DNA of 64,000 nt from Sumerlaeia bacterium (lineage in GTDB: Bacteria > Sumerlaeota > Sumerlaeia > SLMS01 > JAHLLQ01), in NCBI GenBank assembly GCA_040219255.1, contig JAVJSW010000056.1, positions 62,999 through 126,998 on the forward strand, given 5' to 3'. Made by a program: the position numbers and the translations under genes. Under the pieces are notes generated by a model, which saw only the letters and a program-made list of their open reading frames with translations, did no database searches and was not told the origin of the DNA. Below, piece after piece: positions 63,176 through 64,000 of the stretch. The first letter of the stretch is position 1; each line of letters begins with the position of its first letter.

Positions 63176-63868
63176 ATGCAAAAAGAGAGGAGCGCGAGCG
63201 TCCCGCTCGCAGACAATAATGAAACAACGCCCGCGAGGGAGACGCTGGCGCTCCCTTTTCTAGATCCTTTCGAGGCTATTCAAAAGCATCGGCACCGCCT
63301 GCCGCACTGGCAGCAGGGTGAGGCGTGGCAGTTCGTGACTTGGCGGCTGGGGGATTCGCTGCCTTCGGAGAAGCTCAAGGAATGGCGGCTTGAGAAGGAG
63401 TGCTGGGTGCTTGAGCATCCCGAACCTTGGGACCCTGAAGAGGAGAAGGAGCACCATCGGTTGTTCAGTGAACGGATGGAGCGTTGGCTGGACGCGGGAC
63501 ACGGGTGTTGCGCGTTGAGGGAGAAAGAGGCAGCGGCAATCGTGGAAGGGGCGCTGCGGTTCTTTGACGGTGTGCGTTACGGCTTGGGGCCGTTTGTCAT
63601 CATGCCGAATCATGTGCATGTTCTTTTTCAGCCGATGTTGGGATGGCCACTTGAGGAAATCCTTCACTCTTGGAAGAGCTTCACTGCAAAAGAGGTGAAC
63701 AAGCTTCGCGGAACGGAAGGGCCGTTTTGGCAGAAGGACTACTGGGACCGGATGGTACGCAACGAGGAGCAATGGCATGCATACCGCAGCTATATCGAAC
63801 GAAATCCGGTCAAGCTAAAGGCAGAGACTTTTGTTCTTGGTGTTGGAACGAGGAAGAGGCCCTTATGA
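63176..63868 (+). mobile_element. REP-associated tyrosine transposase (RAYT/TnpA-REP, Y1 HUH family)
   Basis: RLPHW, FVTWRL.DSLP, MPNHVH (HUH), WKSFTA, FWQKDYWDR and YIERNP; flanked by REP doublets; start uncertain. Confidence 0.92.
63189..63255. repeat. REP doublet overlapping the 5' end of the RAYT ORF
   Basis: GGAGcgcgagcgtcccgctcgca (same as 62923) plus degenerate inverted gcgagggagacgctggcgCTCC. Confidence 0.8.
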
Positions 63869-63870
63869 AG

Positions 63871-63936
63871 GGAGAGCGGGCATCCTGCCCGCAGTATCGA
63901 ATTCGTAAGACAATGCGAGCGGGACGCTCGCGCTCC
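63871..63936. repeat. REP doublet downstream of RAYT
   Basis: GGAGagcgggcatcctgcccgca plus inverted tgcgagcgggacgctcgcgCTCC. Confidence 0.85.
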
Positions 63937-64000
63937 TTTCTCCTTTCCGTTTGCCCTGAGCCTGCCTCTCGCCGATCCCTACGGCTATGTGGCGGCGGTT

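Noticed and set aside
63176-63868. IS200/IS605 insertion sequence
   Set aside because: There is no tnpB, and the protein motifs and multiple flanking REP doublets fit RAYT instead.

Overview
This 64 kb high-GC bacterial window is mostly housekeeping chromosome. It carries a complete rrn operon (16S, tRNA-Ile, tRNA-Ala, 23S, 5S), a partial nuoA-F cluster, metK, ruvC, pilC, ribF, gmk, gap, tpiA, panB, nrdR, trxA, hisA, fabI, tolB and several envelope glycosyltransferases. Accessory content is an orphan DNA methyltransferase, a HigBA-like toxin-antitoxin pair within a lower-GC patch, and a REP-associated tyrosine transposase with REP doublets. YDPTNG-type pseudopilins and a C-terminal dockerin-like tag suggest Candidatus Sumerlaeota (BRC1) or a relative; this is inference, not checked against a database. 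The most unusual signals are (1) a helically phased array of four A-tract/TTGAC elements upstream of the rrn operon whose -10 position lacks the near-invariant -11A, (2) a candidate three-hairpin C-rich sRNA after nuoF, (3) two dispersed families of inverted repeats built from three short direct repeats, (4) an AmpG-like permease with an inserted Calx-beta/Ig-like domain, and (5) kilobase-scale G-rich/C-rich blocks independent of gene strand. All calls come from reading the sequence and the ORF track; no searches were run. Several start codons were moved by eye from the ORF-track starts.
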